DNA of 64,000 nucleotides from Mytilus edulis (Eukaryota), in the NCBI RefSeq assembly GCF_963676685.1, contig NC_092352.1, positions 28,396,001 through 28,460,000 on the forward strand. Direction: 5' to 3'. The position numbers were made by a program, and so were the translations under genes. Shown in pieces: positions 24,501-33,822 of the stretch. Position 1 is the first letter of the stretch, and every line of letters begins with the position of its first letter. The notes beneath the pieces were generated by a model, which worked only from the letters and a program-made list of their open reading frames with translations, was not told where the DNA came from and did not search any database.

Positions 24501-27500
24501 AATTGACATCATTGGTCATTTGACCTGTTTCTTGGTCTTACTTTGTTGAACATTTTGCTGATTAAAATTTCTTTTAATCTTCAATCATAACCACTTAGAA
24601 ATGTCATAAAAATATTGATTCAGGGGCTACAACTCAAATGGGGTTTCTGATTCGTCTAGCAAATAAAAATGGACCTACTGATTATTTTTAACCAATGTCA
24701 GTTTGCCGTTACTGCTTCAGCTTTGAGCCGAAATCTACATTTTGTCTCTACATTCTTTTCTAGCTATGGCAGACATGGTTGCTGAGCAACCAAAATAAAA
24801 AACACAAACTTTATACTAAATACCATAAGACTCATATACCCAGTTTCAGAGAAGAAGATCTTTGAAATAGTTTACATCGATGACGGACAACGGACACCAA
24901 GTTATGTCAAAAGCTCACTTGGCCCTGTGAACCAGGTGAACTTATAAATTGATAAAAAAAATCTCAATATGTGGTCTTATATTTCATATTCAAGTACAAC
25001 AATGAATCTAATAATAGATAAAAGTAGTGAATATTTTTGTCTGTTTGCTGGAGCATGCAACCATACCAGTTTTATGTCTATACAAAGTCATGCAATCTTA
25101 TTATCTGGATCATGTGTTGTTGTTGTTCATTGTTGTTTGTCTATGTTTGTATATTTGTTTTTCCAGAGGAGTTAGCTGTTTATAGTTATTGTACTTTGCA
25201 ATATTTTTGGTAACAGTAAATCCTGCATTCATTTTCATGTAATGGGTATAATACATTGATATTTCTAATTTGATAATATAGAGATATGAAACGTTTCCAA
25301 AAATGTTTTTGGTGGTTACCTGTCTATTTAAATTTTGGCAAGTTGATCTGTCCTATTGAATAAAGCCTGTCTCTTTGGTGTACGTCTAAAAATACAAGCA
25401 AAGTCTAAAACTCTTTGTCAAAATCTTGATCTATTGGTACACATCTAAACATACCTCCATGATCTCTGTCAAAATCTTGGTCTATTGGTACACATCTAAA
25501 CATACCTCCATGATCTATGTCAAAATATTGGTCTATTGGTACACATTTAAACATAACTCCATAATCTCTGTCAAACTCTTGGTCTATGGGTATGTGTCTA
25601 TACATACCAGCGCAGAATTTGTTAAAAAAAAAAATTGTACCACCCCTAAACATACCTGCATAATTTTTGTCAAAATCTTGTTCTTTCTGTACACATCTAA
25701 ACAATAGTTTAGGTTGGGTAGATACCACAGCTGCCCCTGCTATGAACCAACAGTTTCCTGAAATATTCAACATATAAATACCATGGGAAAGAAAATTTGA
25801 CAGAAAGAATATAAAATCTCAATGTGTAATTTTTAATTCTCATTGTGTTTTTTATAAAGTTTTGAAATCTCAGTGTGTAAATTTTTCGAAAAATGGTTTA
25901 AAAACAGTTTTGACGAGAACGACTTGTCATGGTTAAGCAATAATTCAATCAGTTAGCCTCTGGTGGATAGTTCGTCTGTTGTCATCTAATTGGGATTCAT
26001 ACAAAAATGCCCCTGTTATATTAATAATGTCCTCAACATATCAATTCCAGATATCTTTACTTTTTGTGAGTTGTTGCACTAAGAATTAGACACATGTATG
26101 CCGCAAACCATAAATTAGAGCCGATCATCGGTATGTAGATGCAACAGGTAATAAGTTAACAAAATTAATCAAAACCTGCCGCATCGTACAACCGGATTCA
26201 AAGGACCGGCAGTCAAATATCTGCATACATGATAGAAAAAAGCACTGGTTGAAAATGGCAATCGGGAACACAGGTTCTATCTGAAGTAGGATAGCTGGTG
26301 ATAGGGTGTGTGAATACAAATATAATAATATAGCACTGCTAGTTACACAAATATGAAGGACCGCAAGTTGTTTATATCAGGTTGTTTTAATTCAATAATA
26401 GGTTGTTAAAGTTACATTAATTTCCTAACTAACCATAAAGTATTGATACCTAAATAATAGTTCACTGACCAATGTAAATATGATTTGTTTATTCCAGCAT
26501 TTACATCAATCTAACTCACCTAAACTCCCTTGGTCTAAATCATGCCTTGAAAGTCCGTCTTTTACGAATCTAGGGTTGTCAACCAGTTCCTGGAAGTAAA
26601 TATATATTATGTGAATCAAATGATAAATTACTGTATGCTATAACCAGCTTATGTATTAGTAATAGTTTTTTTCCAGAATCTTCTAGAATAAACATTAAAT
26701 ATTTTCCACTAAACATTATTTAAACAAACAACAATCTATCGATCAGCCCATGGGCAGAATCTTCTTACCAGTATATCAGAAGTAGGTTTACTGTTTTTGG
26801 TTGGAGTGAAATGTCAAGTGTATGTGAGACTCGAGTAACTTTATTAGTAGTATCAAGTTGCATATGGCTATCGTTTATCTTTCTTCTTTTTTGTTTTAAA
26901 ATAAATCGACTTAATCAGTTACTGCACTTGATTAAACTCTCAATGGAATCGGTTTCTAGAGTTCAATGCTATATGATACTAGGAATTATGTATTAGATGT
27001 ACCTTGCGGTCTGGAAGTCGTTTAAGCGACGGAAAAGGACATGAAAACTTTGTCTTCTTTCTTGTTACGTCTAGTGGCAATTATCACATGCAATCAAAGA
27101 CGATAACAATTAATGGCTGAAGGACTTTCTTATTACTTTCTTATAATAATACTGAATTATAAGAAACATTCATACGAAGATCCAGAAACCTGAAAAAAGT
27201 CTTATTTTTATTTATTCGAGCGTGAACAAAAGTTGTATCATCATACTGCCTATCATAAGCTTCTTACTTAGATTACTTAGTTTCAGCAGAGACATATAAT
27301 ACAAAGTATTAAATGTCTCTGGTTACAGCCCTTCAACGGTTCCGGTACTTATACATCCTCGGATTCCAAATGTTTGGCTTTGAGCGTTCATGATGAATGT
27401 AAATCCAGAAAAGCACTTCGGACGCATTGAAATGATTAAACGTGTTGTTTTCAATTCTTTAGATCCGATGAGTGGGTCGATACCTCTGCTGGTGACGCTC

Positions 27501-30500
27501 AGATCAAAATAAAAAAAGCCAAACAAGTACAAAGTTGAAGAGCATTGAGGATCCAAAATTACAAAACGTTGTGCCAAAAAACAGGTGAGATTATATATGC
27601 CTTGGATAAGAAAATCCTTAGTTTTTGTAAAAAATCAAAGTTTGGTAAACAGGAAATTTATAAAAATGACCACATAATTGATATTCATGTCAACACCGAA
27701 GTGGTTTACCAATATCCATGAAAATCGGTTTTAAACGAATACAAATGAATCCACAGAAGGTTTGGTAATAATGAATATTGATGCTGATTTGTTGGTAATA
27801 ACCTCGCTTTAATATTCAACATTAATGTAAAAAAAAAATCTTCAGTTCAGGTGCAATAAAATGAAATAAATAATTAAAAAAACGTCTGTCGATATGTGCA
27901 TCTGGGTATTGACTTAGACTTAAATCTGTCACGAGAGAACACTAATTGGGTATTGTCTGGTAGAATGTAGTTTTTGTTTTGTTTTGTTATCATTTACATG
28001 AACGTTCTACTGTGGTCAGATTTAGCACGGAGACATCTATAAAATTACTAGTGCATCATAGACAAAACCAGCCTTTCGTTTCATGTGGTTGTTGTTATAA
28101 TGTTTTTATTTGACATGCATATATCAACAACTATATTTAACGATTTAATTAAATAGTACGAGCACGTAAGATTCCTTGGACTCAGGGTATCCTGATAATT
28201 TAATTAAATAGTACGAGCACGCGAGATTCCTGGAAATCAGGGTATCTAACATTTTAATTAAATAGTACGAGCTCGCGACATTCCTGGAAATAGGATATCT
28301 AACAATTTGATTAAATAGTACGAGCACGCGAGATTCCTGGAAATCAGGTTTCTAACAATTTAATTAAATAGTACGAACACGAGAGTTAATATGGGTGTGA
28401 TGTTTTTAGGGGATTGGGTTTTTTTAATTAACTGTTTTGGAATGAATTTCTGAACAATACAAAAACAGCAGATTGTTTATCGCTTGTTAACGTCAGCACA
28501 AAACTAAACAAGGTTTTACACTAGTTTTGGGGCCTTTTATAGCTTGTTGTTCGGTGTGAGACAAGGATCCGTGTTGAAGTCCGTATCTTGACCTATAAGC
28601 GATACTTTTATAAATTGTTATTTGGATGGAGAGTTGTCTCATTGGCACTCATACCACATCCTTCTATATCTATTTACATCACGACGAGGTTCATATTCAT
28701 AGTTTTGCCTCTTGGATTACAACTCTGTTTCTGTGGATGCCAATAAGAATGACAAACAAAACACAAACTAGTCATTGCTTGCGCGTGGTATTGAAAAATC
28801 ATAGCGAGCATGATCATGAAGTTTTTTAAAGGTTGCTCCAATAGCTAGGTCCGTATTGAGTTAGATTAACTAACAGCACTGTGATATATTTCCATCCATA
28901 CTCTTTAACTTTTTTTACTTAAGAATTGAATGCTTCTTTTTGTAACTTCATTGGGGTGTAAAAGCGTTGACCGAAGTACATTTTGTATGACGCGCGGAAG
29001 GCGCTTGATTCTAAAAATGTGCGCACGGTCAACGCCTTTACAACCCTATGAAGTTACAAAAAGAAGCATTCAATACTTATAATTACATTTTTAAGCTACG
29101 ATCATGAAAACACGAATTTTATAATTGTTTTATTTAATACACCTGTGCACTTTATTGTGGGACCATGTGTTATCATGAATGAAAAGTTTTATTGAGTAAT
29201 GCAATTGCTTAAGGAATAACACGTGATGTGCAGTTAGCCAATCAGAATAAAGTATCATAATGAAACATACATCTAATGTAATTATTGATAGTCCACAAGC
29301 AGAGGTATCGACCCAGTGATGAAAAATTTGAAAACAACACGTTTAATTATTTCAATGCGTCTCAAGCGCTTTTTTTGATTTACCTTTATCAGGAACGCTC
29401 AAAGCCAAACATTTGAAATCCGAGGATGTATAAGTACCTTAACCGTTGAAGAACTGTGTGACAAAAAAATACCTAAAATTGATAGCCAAATTCATCTAAA
29501 GTCATCTTTGCCTGAGGGAGTTGAAACCTGAGTTTCTTAATAATTTCAAAATTCATAAACGGACAATTTTAGAAAAGTTAGTTAAATTATATCAGTATCG
29601 AAATACTGACTACTGAGCTGGTGATACCCTTTGGGACTGATAATCCACCAGCAGAGATGTCGACCCAGTGATGTATAAATAAAATAAAAACTACACGTTT
29701 AATTATTTCAATGCGTCCGAAGCTCTTTTCTTGACAACTTGCATTGTATATCGCAATTTTGCTATTGAAAATTACAAAAGTATAAATAGTTTCCTTATTT
29801 TGGTTTCAGTTAATTATATTTTATAACGATTTAATTTCGGAAATTTACAATAGAACAGTTAAAAAATAAGAAAGAAATTTAATTAAACGATTCGTAAAAA
29901 TATCATATGACACCGGCGAATTATTGATTAGAGTATGTTTAGGATTCCCAAGGTTTAATAAAATTGAGAATGGAAATGGGGAATGTGTTTTTAAGAGACA
30001 ACAACCCGAACATATAACAGACAACAGCAGGTCTTCAATGCAGCGAGAAACTCCCGCACCCGGAGGCGTCCTTGAACTAGCCAATAAACAAATATCTATG
30101 ATCATCAATACTAGTACAGTGATAATGGACGCCATACTAAACTCCGAATAATACACAAAACACTAAAATTGAAAATCATACAAGACTAACAAAGTCCAGA
30201 GGCTCCTCACTTAGGACAGTCGCAAAAATCGGCGGGGTTAATCATGTGTTTTGAGATCTCAACCCTCAACCCTTCCCTATACCTCTATCCAATTAAGAAC
30301 AGTAAATGATTAACAGTACGCACAGTAAAATTCAGTTCAAGAGAAGTCCGAGTCCGATGTCAGTAGAGGAAACAAAAGAAAATAAACAAAATGACATAAA
30401 TAACAACAGTCTACTCTACTATCAGTTACTGGCATGGCAGGTCCAAACCTCAGTTAAACAGATTGAAAAATTATGCCTTCACCATATGAATATCTATTAA

Positions 30501-31216
30501 ATCTACTAATATTTATACATATTTAGATATTGATTAAATGGGAATAATCTTAGTTTATAGTGTAGTATTCCGTAAAATTACCATTACTATAATGTTGATA
30601 AATAAAGAACCATATACAATAAGTTCACCACATACAATATATGGTCAATGTCAGGAAAATATAAACTTTTTGTAGGAGGCTGAGAAACTGGGGAAGGGCG
30701 AGGTTCTACATAATAACTTTAAGCCCATATTTTTTAATTATGATTTTAAATGTCGAATTTTTAGTAGATTAAGTTTATATATTTTTCTGACATTGACCTT
30801 ATATTGTTTTTATACTGCAACTGAAATTTATACATTGATAGCTTTTTAAATCATAACACAAATGTCAAACTTATTTTCATCCCTTAATGCACCTCTCTGA
30901 TTGTGGAGAAAGTGTTCAATGATGAAATTGACATTATACAAAATATAGCTATGTAACTATATTCAGGAAATAATACAACTATAGTTGCAGTATAATAACG
31001 TTTAGCATGACAATGTCAACAAATTCTCCTACTCACCCCTGGACGTTTCCATATAATGCTCCGTACTCCTGAACTCCGAGGCTGTGAGCCGGAGAATGTT
31101 AGTGAGGATGTACTAGGTGAAAAATCAGGATCAACAAATAGTTTTTCATTCCGAAGAAGTTCTCTTTTAAGTCCTAAATAATCTTCTTGTCTTACGAGCC
31201 CCCTAGGTAAACTCAT
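443..31216 (-). CDS. Classical calpain, copy A (exons 1-18; 3' end runs off the window start)
   Basis: Exon sizes and phases are identical to copy B, with no stops or frameshifts in the joined exons. Triad motifs QGSLGNCW, GHAYS, RNPWG. Window base 1 aligns to ~39699 in copy B intron 18, so exons 19-20 should lie just outside the window. Confidence 0.93.
1168..1889. mobile_element. Non-autonomous TIR element with 8-bp TSD
   Basis: Imperfect TIR (GGGCGTATGACATTTGCGCCGATTTT), subterminal GGCGCAAATG repeats, TSD CTCACATA; empty site in copy B at ~40830. Confidence 0.8.
2981..3850 (+). mobile_element. 5'-truncated CR1/L2-type LINE remnant (RT C-terminus + 3' UTR)
   Basis: [55 protein letters not shown]; in-frame stop and internal deletion; absent from copy B. 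Confidence 0.88.
3877..3955 (-). CDS. Calpain A exon 17 (EF3)
   Basis: [26 protein letters not shown]; 79 nt. Confidence 0.92.
4395..4463 (-). CDS. Calpain A exon 16 (EF2)
   Basis: [23 protein letters not shown]; 69 nt. Confidence 0.92.
4464..5034 (-). other. U12-type (minor spliceosome) GT-AG intron 15, copy A
   Basis: 5' splice site GTATCCTTT; branch site TCCTTAAC (4474-4481) ending 8 nt before the AG; no polypyrimidine tract. Confidence 0.93.
4684..4838 (+). mobile_element. tRNA-derived SINE remnant inside the U12 intron of copy A
   Basis: A box TGGCCAAGTGG, degenerate B box, (CAAT/CAGT) tail; absent from copy B. Confidence 0.6.
5035..5096 (-). CDS. Calpain A exon 15
   Basis: [20 protein letters not shown]; 62 nt; followed by a U12 donor. 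Confidence 0.92.
7396..7487 (-). pseudogene. tRNA-like / Pol III promoter remnant
   Basis: A box TGGTCTAGTGG, B box GAGTTCGAACC, T5 terminator; cloverleaf degenerate. Confidence 0.55.
7957..8047 (-). pseudogene. tRNA-His-like remnant
   Basis: Starts GCCGTGATCGTCTAGT like metazoan tRNA-His; CTGTGAT at the anticodon position; degenerate GTTCAAGCC; T-run. Confidence 0.5.
8826..8931. repeat. 106-bp near-perfect palindrome (foldback)
   Basis: 52-bp arms, 4 mismatches, 2-nt loop. Confidence 0.9.
10460..12489. mobile_element. ~2-kb TIR element with a nested TIR element (11721-12357)
   Basis: Inverted terminal blocks CTTTTCAA, ACACCTACAG, ACAGGTAA, AGGGGTCGTCTCAAA; flanks join in copy B at ~44200; inner TIR TAACGT..GGTA.C.AAATTGC. 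Confidence 0.7.
12555..12672 (-). CDS. Calpain A exon 14 (EF1)
   Basis: [39 protein letters not shown]; 118 nt. Confidence 0.92.
13185..13387. mobile_element. 203-bp MITE with a TTAGGG-like core and 8-bp TSD
   Basis: TIR GCC..CTTTTACTTTA..GGTCCC; TSD CAAATT(A/T)T; empty site in copy B at ~44887. Confidence 0.75.
13573..13603 (-). CDS. Calpain A exon 13 (31-nt linker exon)
   Basis: cag|...[10 protein letters not shown]|gtaagt; needed for the phase 2 to 0 join. Confidence 0.88.
14119..15815. mobile_element. 1.7-kb non-autonomous DNA transposon with CCATGG subterminal repeats
   Basis: TIR CATCCCTAGATTTTC / GAAAATCTAGGGATG; many TTCCATGGAA motifs; absent from copy B. Confidence 0.8.
16124..16341 (-). 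CDS. Calpain A exon 12
   Basis: MRELQRRP...[13 protein letters not shown]...[13 protein letters not shown]; 218 nt. Confidence 0.95.
16816..16964 (-). CDS. Calpain A exon 11
   Basis: [14 protein letters not shown]...FIGFKVYK; 149 nt. Confidence 0.93.
17615..17702 (-). CDS. Calpain A exon 10
   Basis: [29 protein letters not shown]; 88 nt. Confidence 0.93.
17735..17935 (-). mobile_element. SINE/LINE 3'-tail fragment just upstream of the copy A exon 10 acceptor
   Basis: Flanked by duplicated CTAA; copy B shows the empty site gtctaacaatctc. Confidence 0.6.
18669..18762 (-). CDS. Calpain A exon 9
   Basis: [31 protein letters not shown]; 94 nt. Confidence 0.93.
19558..19635 (-). CDS. Calpain A exon 8
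   Basis: [25 protein letters not shown](W); 78 nt. Confidence 0.93.
19757..20477. mobile_element. Kolobok-like palindromic non-autonomous element (TTAA TSD)
   Basis: GGTAGCACAATACA termini with ~320-bp inverted arms, TTAA on both sides; single TTAA at the empty site in copy B (~50550). Confidence 0.85.
20964..21049 (-). CDS. Calpain A exon 7 (catalytic Asn)
   Basis: [28 protein letters not shown]; 86 nt. Confidence 0.95.
21725..21811 (-). CDS. Calpain A exon 6 (catalytic His)
   Basis: [29 protein letters not shown]; 87 nt; donor GTTTGT. Confidence 0.92.
22294..22471 (-). CDS. Calpain A exon 5
   Basis: [11 protein letters not shown]...DMTG...SLMGAGIN; 178 nt. Confidence 0.95.
23683..23836 (-). 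CDS. Calpain A exon 4
   Basis: [22 protein letters not shown]...[12 protein letters not shown]; 154 nt. Confidence 0.95.
25405..25706 (-). repeat. 51-bp tandem repeat of the exon-3 3' end plus splice donor (copy A)
   Basis: Unit GTATGTTTAGATGTGTACCAATAGACCAAGATTTTGACAGAGATCATGGAG; ~5 intronic units. Confidence 0.9.
25656..25757 (-). CDS. Calpain A exon 3 (catalytic Cys)
   Basis: [33 protein letters not shown]; 102 nt. Confidence 0.92.
26520..26589 (-). CDS. Calpain A exon 2
   Basis: [23 protein letters not shown](G); 70 nt. Confidence 0.93.
28141..28905. repeat. Ectopic copy of the calpain upstream region (including the TTCCTGGAA array) inside copy A intron 1
   Basis: Colinear with ~31645-33090; sites at 28227, 28281 and 28334; absent from copy B intron 1 (~60530). 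Confidence 0.85.
28920..29079. repeat. 160-bp palindromic foldback
   Basis: TAAGAATTGAATGCTTCTTTTTGTAACTTCAT ... ATGAAGTTACAAAAAGAAGCATTCAATACTTA. Confidence 0.85.
29961..30495 (+). mobile_element. Interspersed repeat family AATTGAGAATGGAAATGGGGAATGTG (also 35276-35470; 55313-55378 on minus)
   Basis: Three dispersed copies; empty site in copy B at ~60790. Confidence 0.8.
31037..31216 (-). CDS. Calpain A exon 1
   Basis: MSLPRG...FVDPDF...WKRPG, donor gtgagt; 180 nt. Confidence 0.9.
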
Positions 31217-31277
31217 AATTGATGTCAATGTCCTTCTGGAAAACGGGTAAAGCGTTTCCTCTGGGCTACACCGGTCT

Positions 31278-31315
31278 AATGTGAAAGTAGTATTCTAAAT
31301 CCTGCAATTTATATA
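31278..31315 (-). promoter_or_regulatory. TATA box + Inr-like core promoter, copy A
   Basis: TATAAA (31313-31308) begins 31 nt upstream of the central A of TTTCACATT (31282); same spacing in copy B. Confidence 0.55.
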
Positions 31316-31620
31316 AGAAATGATACATCTTTTATACAATGGAAGAAAGATGATATGGATAGATTTCGCTGTGCATTGGTATGATATATATATTTTTTTA
31401 ATTTTGATGTGCATTGATACGATCTATATGTCTCTGAGGGTGTGTATTGATATGGTGTTTGTCTTTAAAGCATCACTATAATAACTGTCTTTGAATTTAA
31501 GTTTTTACATACTAAAATTTATCCTTTTTTTTCAAAATATTTGTTATACTTATAAAACATTTGCTTATCAGTGCTTTGCAGAATGCATAATTGACATATA
31601 TCCCCCCCCTGTTGCCTTTT

Positions 31621-31835
31621 ATTCCTGAAAATAAGGGTATCTTACAATTTAATTAAATAGTACGAGCACGTGATTCCTGGAAATCAGGGTATCTAACAAT
31701 TTTATTAGATAGAACGAGCACGCGAGATTCCTGGAAATTAGGGTATCTAACAATTTTTAATTAAATAGTACGAGCACGCGAGATTCCTGGAAATCATGGA
31801 ATCTTACAATTTGATTAAATAGTACATGCATGCGA
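31621..31835. promoter_or_regulatory. ~54-56 bp tandem repeat carrying TTCCTGGAA (STAT/GAS-type) sites, upstream of copy A
   Basis: Intact sites at 31674, 31728 and 31784 plus a variant at 31622; copy B has a single site at 62055. Confidence 0.6.
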
Positions 31836-32077
31836 GTATAGGTGTGATTTTTTAGGAGATTGGGGTTTTAATTAACTGTTACTGATATAAATTTCTCGAC
31901 GATACAAAGACAGTAGATTGTTTGTCGCTTGTTAACGTCAGCACAAAACCAAACATGGTTACATCGCGACGATGGTCATATTCATATGTTTGCCTCCTGG
32001 CTACAACTCTGTTTCTGTGGTTGCCAATATGAATGACAAACACAAAATAAACTATGCATGGCTTGCGCGTGGTATTA

Positions 32078-32974
32078 AGGTAGCACAATACAAAGAATTT
32101 TTACTTCCAATCTCAAACCCTTAAATGCTGTCACTTTCTTAAGAATGCATGTAAATTAATAAAAGACGTATATATCGATAGATAAAAGATTAATTCTTTA
32201 AATGAATGCAATATTTTTGTTATGCAATTATTATGTAATCAATTATTATGCAATTAATGGCAAAATCGTGGTCAGTTCACCTGAATGAATTTAGCTCTTC
32301 CATCTCTATAACTATACAGGAAATTTATATGAAATCTTAATCAACACAGCAGGAGCTACAAAAGGGTGTCTCAAATTATCATTATATTGTGAAACATCAT
32401 TATATTGTGAAACATCATTATATTGTGAAACATCGTTATATTGTGAAACATCATTATATTGTGAAACATCATTATATTGTGAAACATCATTATATTGTGA
32501 AACATGGAATCTCAAAGTTAATACTGAAACAAGAATGTGTCCAAAGTACACGGTATCGCTATTGTATTATATTCTCTAATAAATCTGTAATTAGTGTAAA
32601 CATCCTTACCAAAAAAAGTAGATAATGTTTGATTAGGTGTAAAATTTGATCTTTACATTCTATCCGATATCTGAGACACTCTTTTGTAGATAATGGATCT
32701 AGGAACAACATATAATAAAATCAACTCTCTCGGGGTAACCATGAAGAAGCTAATTTCAGTTGAAAGTGGAAATTTCTTGTAAAATTTTGTAGACACAGTT
32801 AACATTGTAATTGGTTATATAATTGTTGTATAATACTAACATTGCATTATTTTGAAAGAATAATCTGTTAGCTATCTGTAAAACCACTTTATAATAAATT
32901 TAAGCATTATAAAGAAAGTTACAGCATTTTAATATTGTGAAATTGGAGGTATACAATCTTTGTACTGTGCTACC
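32078..32974. mobile_element. Related Kolobok-like element upstream of copy A
   Basis: Same GGTAGCACA termini; empty site preserved in the intron-1 copy at ~28790. Confidence 0.8.
32380..32505. repeat. 18-bp minisatellite x7 (CATTATATTGTGAAACAT)
   Basis: Direct inspection; lies inside the Kolobok-like element. Confidence 0.95.
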
Positions 32975-33401
32975 TCAGAAAAATCATGGCGAGCATGCTC
33001 ATGAAGTTTGTGGAAGGTTGCTCCAATAGCTAGGTCTGTATTGAGATAGATCAACTAATAGCACTTGGATATACTGCCATGAATACTCTTATACTTTTAC
33101 GGAGGTACATGTTGCTCTTAGAGGTGAGATAAAATATCCCACTGTAGAAAAATAGACTGCGGCTTTATAAAAAATGATTGCTATTCAGACACATATCTAC
33201 CAAAGATCAAATGGCGTGGATGTAAGTTATTATAGCCATTTCAATACTATGAAAACATGAAAGATTACACATTTTTTCTGCACAATTTCACAATTTAATG
33301 ACAAATGTCAAACTATTTACGCATTCATTTGTGCTAAGGAATGGACAAGAAATGAAAATTAACGTATTCAGTTGTTTTCAGTCACCAATTTTACCAAATA
33401 A

Positions 33402-33822
33402 TTATCAAAGGTACCAGGATTATAATTTAGTACGCCAGACGCGCGTTTCGTCTACATAAGACTCATCAGTGACGCTCATATCAAAATATTTATAAAGCCA
33501 TACAAGTTCAAAGTTGAAGAGCATTGAGGATCCAAAATTCCAAAAAGTTGTGCCAAATACGGCTAAGGTAATCTATGCCTGGGATAAGAAAATCCTTAGT
33601 TTTTCGTAAAATTCAATGTTTTGTAAACAGGAAATTTATAAAAATGACCACATTATTGATATGCATGTCAACACCGAAATGTTGACTACTGGGCTGGTGA
33701 TACCCTCGGGGACGAAACGTCCACCAGCAGTGGCATCGACCCAGTGATGTAAATAGTTATCAAAGGTACCAGGATTATAATTTAGTACTCCAGACGCACG
33801 TTTTGTCTACATAAGACTCATC
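33402..33822 (+). mobile_element. Interspersed repeat family TTATCAAAGGTACCAGGATTATAAT (other copies ~5815-6015, 9590-9760, 15822-15970, 27480-27700, 38157-38203)
   Basis: Multiple dispersed copies in both orientations; here one ~355-bp unit plus the start of a second. Confidence 0.8.

Noticed and set aside
26122-26284. GC-richer stop-free stretch in copy A intron 2 ([12 protein letters not shown]...)
   Set aside because: No recognisable domain or splice context; cannot be supported as coding.
26587-26595. TTCCTGGAA at the exon 2 boundary of copy A
   Set aside because: Explained by the acceptor TTCCAG plus a GAA codon; not kept in B.
28141-28380. ~54-bp repeats with a palindromic core as a CRISPR array
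   Set aside because: The sequence between cores is repeated rather than unique; it is a tandem repeat.
443-31216. Copy A as a pseudogene
   Set aside because: All 18 visible exons are in frame with GT-AG ends and an intact catalytic triad.
31217-31228. ORF-track N-terminal extension MTSI of calpain A
   Set aside because: Starts at TTG and is not conserved in B; the ATG at 31216 matches B.
32312-32625. Repetitive ORFs (VSQYND)n / (KHHYIV)n
   Set aside because: Translations of the 18-bp minisatellite.
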